This document shows positions 62,586-64,000 of a stretch of 64,000 bases of DNA, piece by piece; position 1 is the stretch's first letter, and the number at the start of each line of letters is the position of its first letter. Made by a program: the position numbers and the translations under genes. The stretch covers positions 6,536 to 70,535 of the forward strand of contig CAZYCQ010000009.1 in the NCBI GenBank assembly GCA_964645535.1. Reading direction: 5' to 3'. Source of the DNA: an uncultured archaeon (GTDB taxonomy: Archaea > Asgardarchaeota > Heimdallarchaeia > Heimdallarchaeales > Kariarchaeaceae). The notes under the pieces are model-generated. The model was not told the DNA's origin. It saw nothing but the letters and a program-made list of their open reading frames with translations, and searched no databases.

Positions 62586-63280
62586 AATGGTTCTACAAAT
62601 CCTATGAATTTGTTTGACGCCCATCTTGCTCCATGCCCGCTGACAAGCCTTGCCTCATAGATGTATTTGTGCCTAAAATGACCATACATATTCCACCATG
62701 TCTTATGTTCCAGAATCTGGTAAATCCAGTTGATGGCCTGCTGATTTCTTTCTTTGATGCCTCCCTTTGCTTTTCCCCAGAAACTAGATCGTGCCTGATG
62801 TTTGGACAAGGCTCTTGCAGCAACGATCAGTTCCGTCTCTTTATGTTTTTCTTCGGCTAACCTTACCAAAGTTTCAGATTTGGGAATTTTGGTTTGGCAA
62901 TCTGTAATGCTACCTTGTGTAAATCTCTGTCCTGCCAAACTTCTTACTTCTATACATGTGAGTTTCGTTTTGCTCAATCGAGATTCCTTGGCAAATCTGG
63001 ACAGTTCTTCAATAAATTTCTCAATGATTGCTGCTCTGTCTATCTGCACTTCAATGTCTGGGAAGGGAGGGGCAACATTAATCCGTCCTTCTTCAATAAA
63101 TACAGTCAAGGTTTTAACCACTTGGGCTATTGTTTCGGAATTGACAAATTGATAGTTTGAAAGATAAGCATGAACAAGATTGCGAATTCTCTCTTCATTG
63201 GAGAATATATTCGTCCACGAATCGTTCAATTTCCTCGCCAATATTGGATTCATTGAAGATGGCAGGTTCCACCATGTCAT
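62549..63280 (-). CDS. hypothetical protein (W/H-rich C-terminal domain)
   Basis: ORF only. The conserved-looking C-terminus ...AARALSKHQARSSFWGKAKGG...WWNMYGHFRHKYIYEARLVSGHGARW...GFVEP was not recognised. Its 5' end overlaps the upstream gene by 86 nt. Confidence 0.4.
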   Translation of the reverse strand: MTWWNLPSSMNPILARKLNDSWTNIFSNEERIRNLVHAYLSNYQFVNSETIAQVVKTLTVFIEEGRINVAPPFPDIEVQIDRAAIIEKFIEELSRFAKESRLSKTKLTCIEVRSLAGQRFTQGSITDCQTKIPKSETLVRLAEEKHKETELIVAARALSKHQARSSFWGKAKGGIKERNQQAINWIYQILEHKTWWNMYGHFRHKYIYEARLVSGHGARWASNKFIGFVEPFYGTNDQNLSVR

Positions 63281-63989
63281 TGAGCAATCGAAGATTGAAC
63301 ATCATATCCAATGGCAATGTTGCCGCATGGTGCAACCCCATTCCCTCTAATCTTTGATTCCATCGTGTAATGAATTGGTTAAGCAACGAGCCTTCTGTCT
63401 CATTGGTGATTTTCGGCACTTGGTTCCAAATAAAGAGGTCTTTACGCGATTTCATGTCTTTCAATATTCTAAATAGTTCCTGAATGAACAACTCTGTGGC
63501 TCCCACTCCGTAGTTAGTTGGACGAACCACTAAAATGCTGATGTCTGCCAAAATCAGATTATTGATTGAATTCATCGAAGTACCTGATTGGTTGTCTAAA
63601 ATCAGGAAATCATAACCCATTTCATATATTTTCTTCTGTGCAATCAAGCTATTTTTCAGTGCTTTTTCCCACCATAGATCTGCATTCCCTTTGAGAAACT
63701 TCAATCCCATTTTCGGAGAGGATGTATAGATGATGTCTAAATTTTGAAACTTTGAGGGGTGTATCAGGTTTCGTATATCAATCTCTTCGCCCTTTTCGAG
63801 ATAGTCCGTCCAATATAGGATCTCTGGTTTTTGTGGAGGAAGGAAATGAATTAGGGAAGGGGCTTCGAGATCAACATCAATAATCAACGATTTATATCCT
63901 TTCTTACCCAAGGCAACTCCTATGCCCAAAGAAGTGATGGTCTTTCCTGAACCACCTCTGGTAGAATAAACTGTTATGGTCTTTTTCAA
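63195..63989 (-). CDS. ParA/MinD-family (SIMIBI) P-loop ATPase
   Basis: Deviant Walker A VYSTRGGSGKTITS, IIDVDLEAPS, FLILDNQSG. Confidence 0.8.
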   Translation of the reverse strand: MKKTITVYSTRGGSGKTITSLGIGVALGKKGYKSLIIDVDLEAPSLIHFLPPQKPEILYWTDYLEKGEEIDIRNLIHPSKFQNLDIIYTSSPKMGLKFLKGNADLWWEKALKNSLIAQKKIYEMGYDFLILDNQSGTSMNSINNLILADISILVVRPTNYGVGATELFIQELFRILKDMKSRKDLFIWNQVPKITNETEGSLLNQFITRWNQRLEGMGLHHAATLPLDMMFNLRLLNDMVEPAIFNESNIGEEIERFVDEYILQ

Positions 63990-64000
63990 ATCATTTCCTC

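Noticed and set aside
1-64000. CRISPR arrays, rRNA genes, transposases/IS elements, prophage or toxin-antitoxin/defence gene signatures.
   Set aside because: I scanned the intergenic gaps. The longest are 22665-22973, 39350-39692, 6098-6379 and 17816-18037. I also scanned the ORF translations. I found no regularly spaced repeats, no rRNA-like GC-rich structured stretch, and no DDE, tyrosine or serine recombinase motifs.

Overview
Gene-dense 64-kb chromosomal segment of an archaeon. GC looks like roughly 40% by eye (not computed). I support about 65 CDS and one tRNA. I saw no rRNA, CRISPR array, transposase or integrase. All calls rest on motif and architecture recognition by eye; no database search or statistic was run.

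Archaeal hallmarks: split RNA polymerase subunits A' and A'', uS12, proteasome-activating nucleotidase (PAN), KH/beta-CASP aCPSF1, an Endonuclease-Q-like protein, a DUF106/YidC-like insertase, and a thiolase+DUF35 pair.

The only clear mobile element is a 463-aa LAGLIDADG-type intein splitting the GEPGTQM|TLRTFHFAGV motif of rpoA2.

Several products look eukaryote-like, which together suggests an Asgard-lineage genome (inference only):
- a cysteine-free UBC-fold (UEV) + coiled coil + steadiness-box-like protein resembling Tsg101/Vps23
- an Arf-like small GTPase homolog with degenerate G motifs
- a RING-H2-like zinc finger
- a translationally adjacent NOP2/Sun-NIP7 pair
- an ALDH16-like two-domain aldehyde dehydrogenase coupled to a long-form DeoC
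- a Yip1-like membrane protein

The most accessory-looking locus is 2975-6097. It holds an exosortase/archaeosortase-family protein beside three sequon-rich secreted proteins with C-terminal hydrophobic + Arg/Lys tails. Five other secreted proteins in the window carry the same tail architecture.

Other points:
- the rpoA1-rpoA2-rps12 block lacks its usual flanking and internal genes
- there is a proline-rich protein with a 100-nt near-perfect internal duplication
- untracked small ORFs include a 48-aa 4xCxxC zinc finger
- convergent genes repeatedly overlap at their 3' ends
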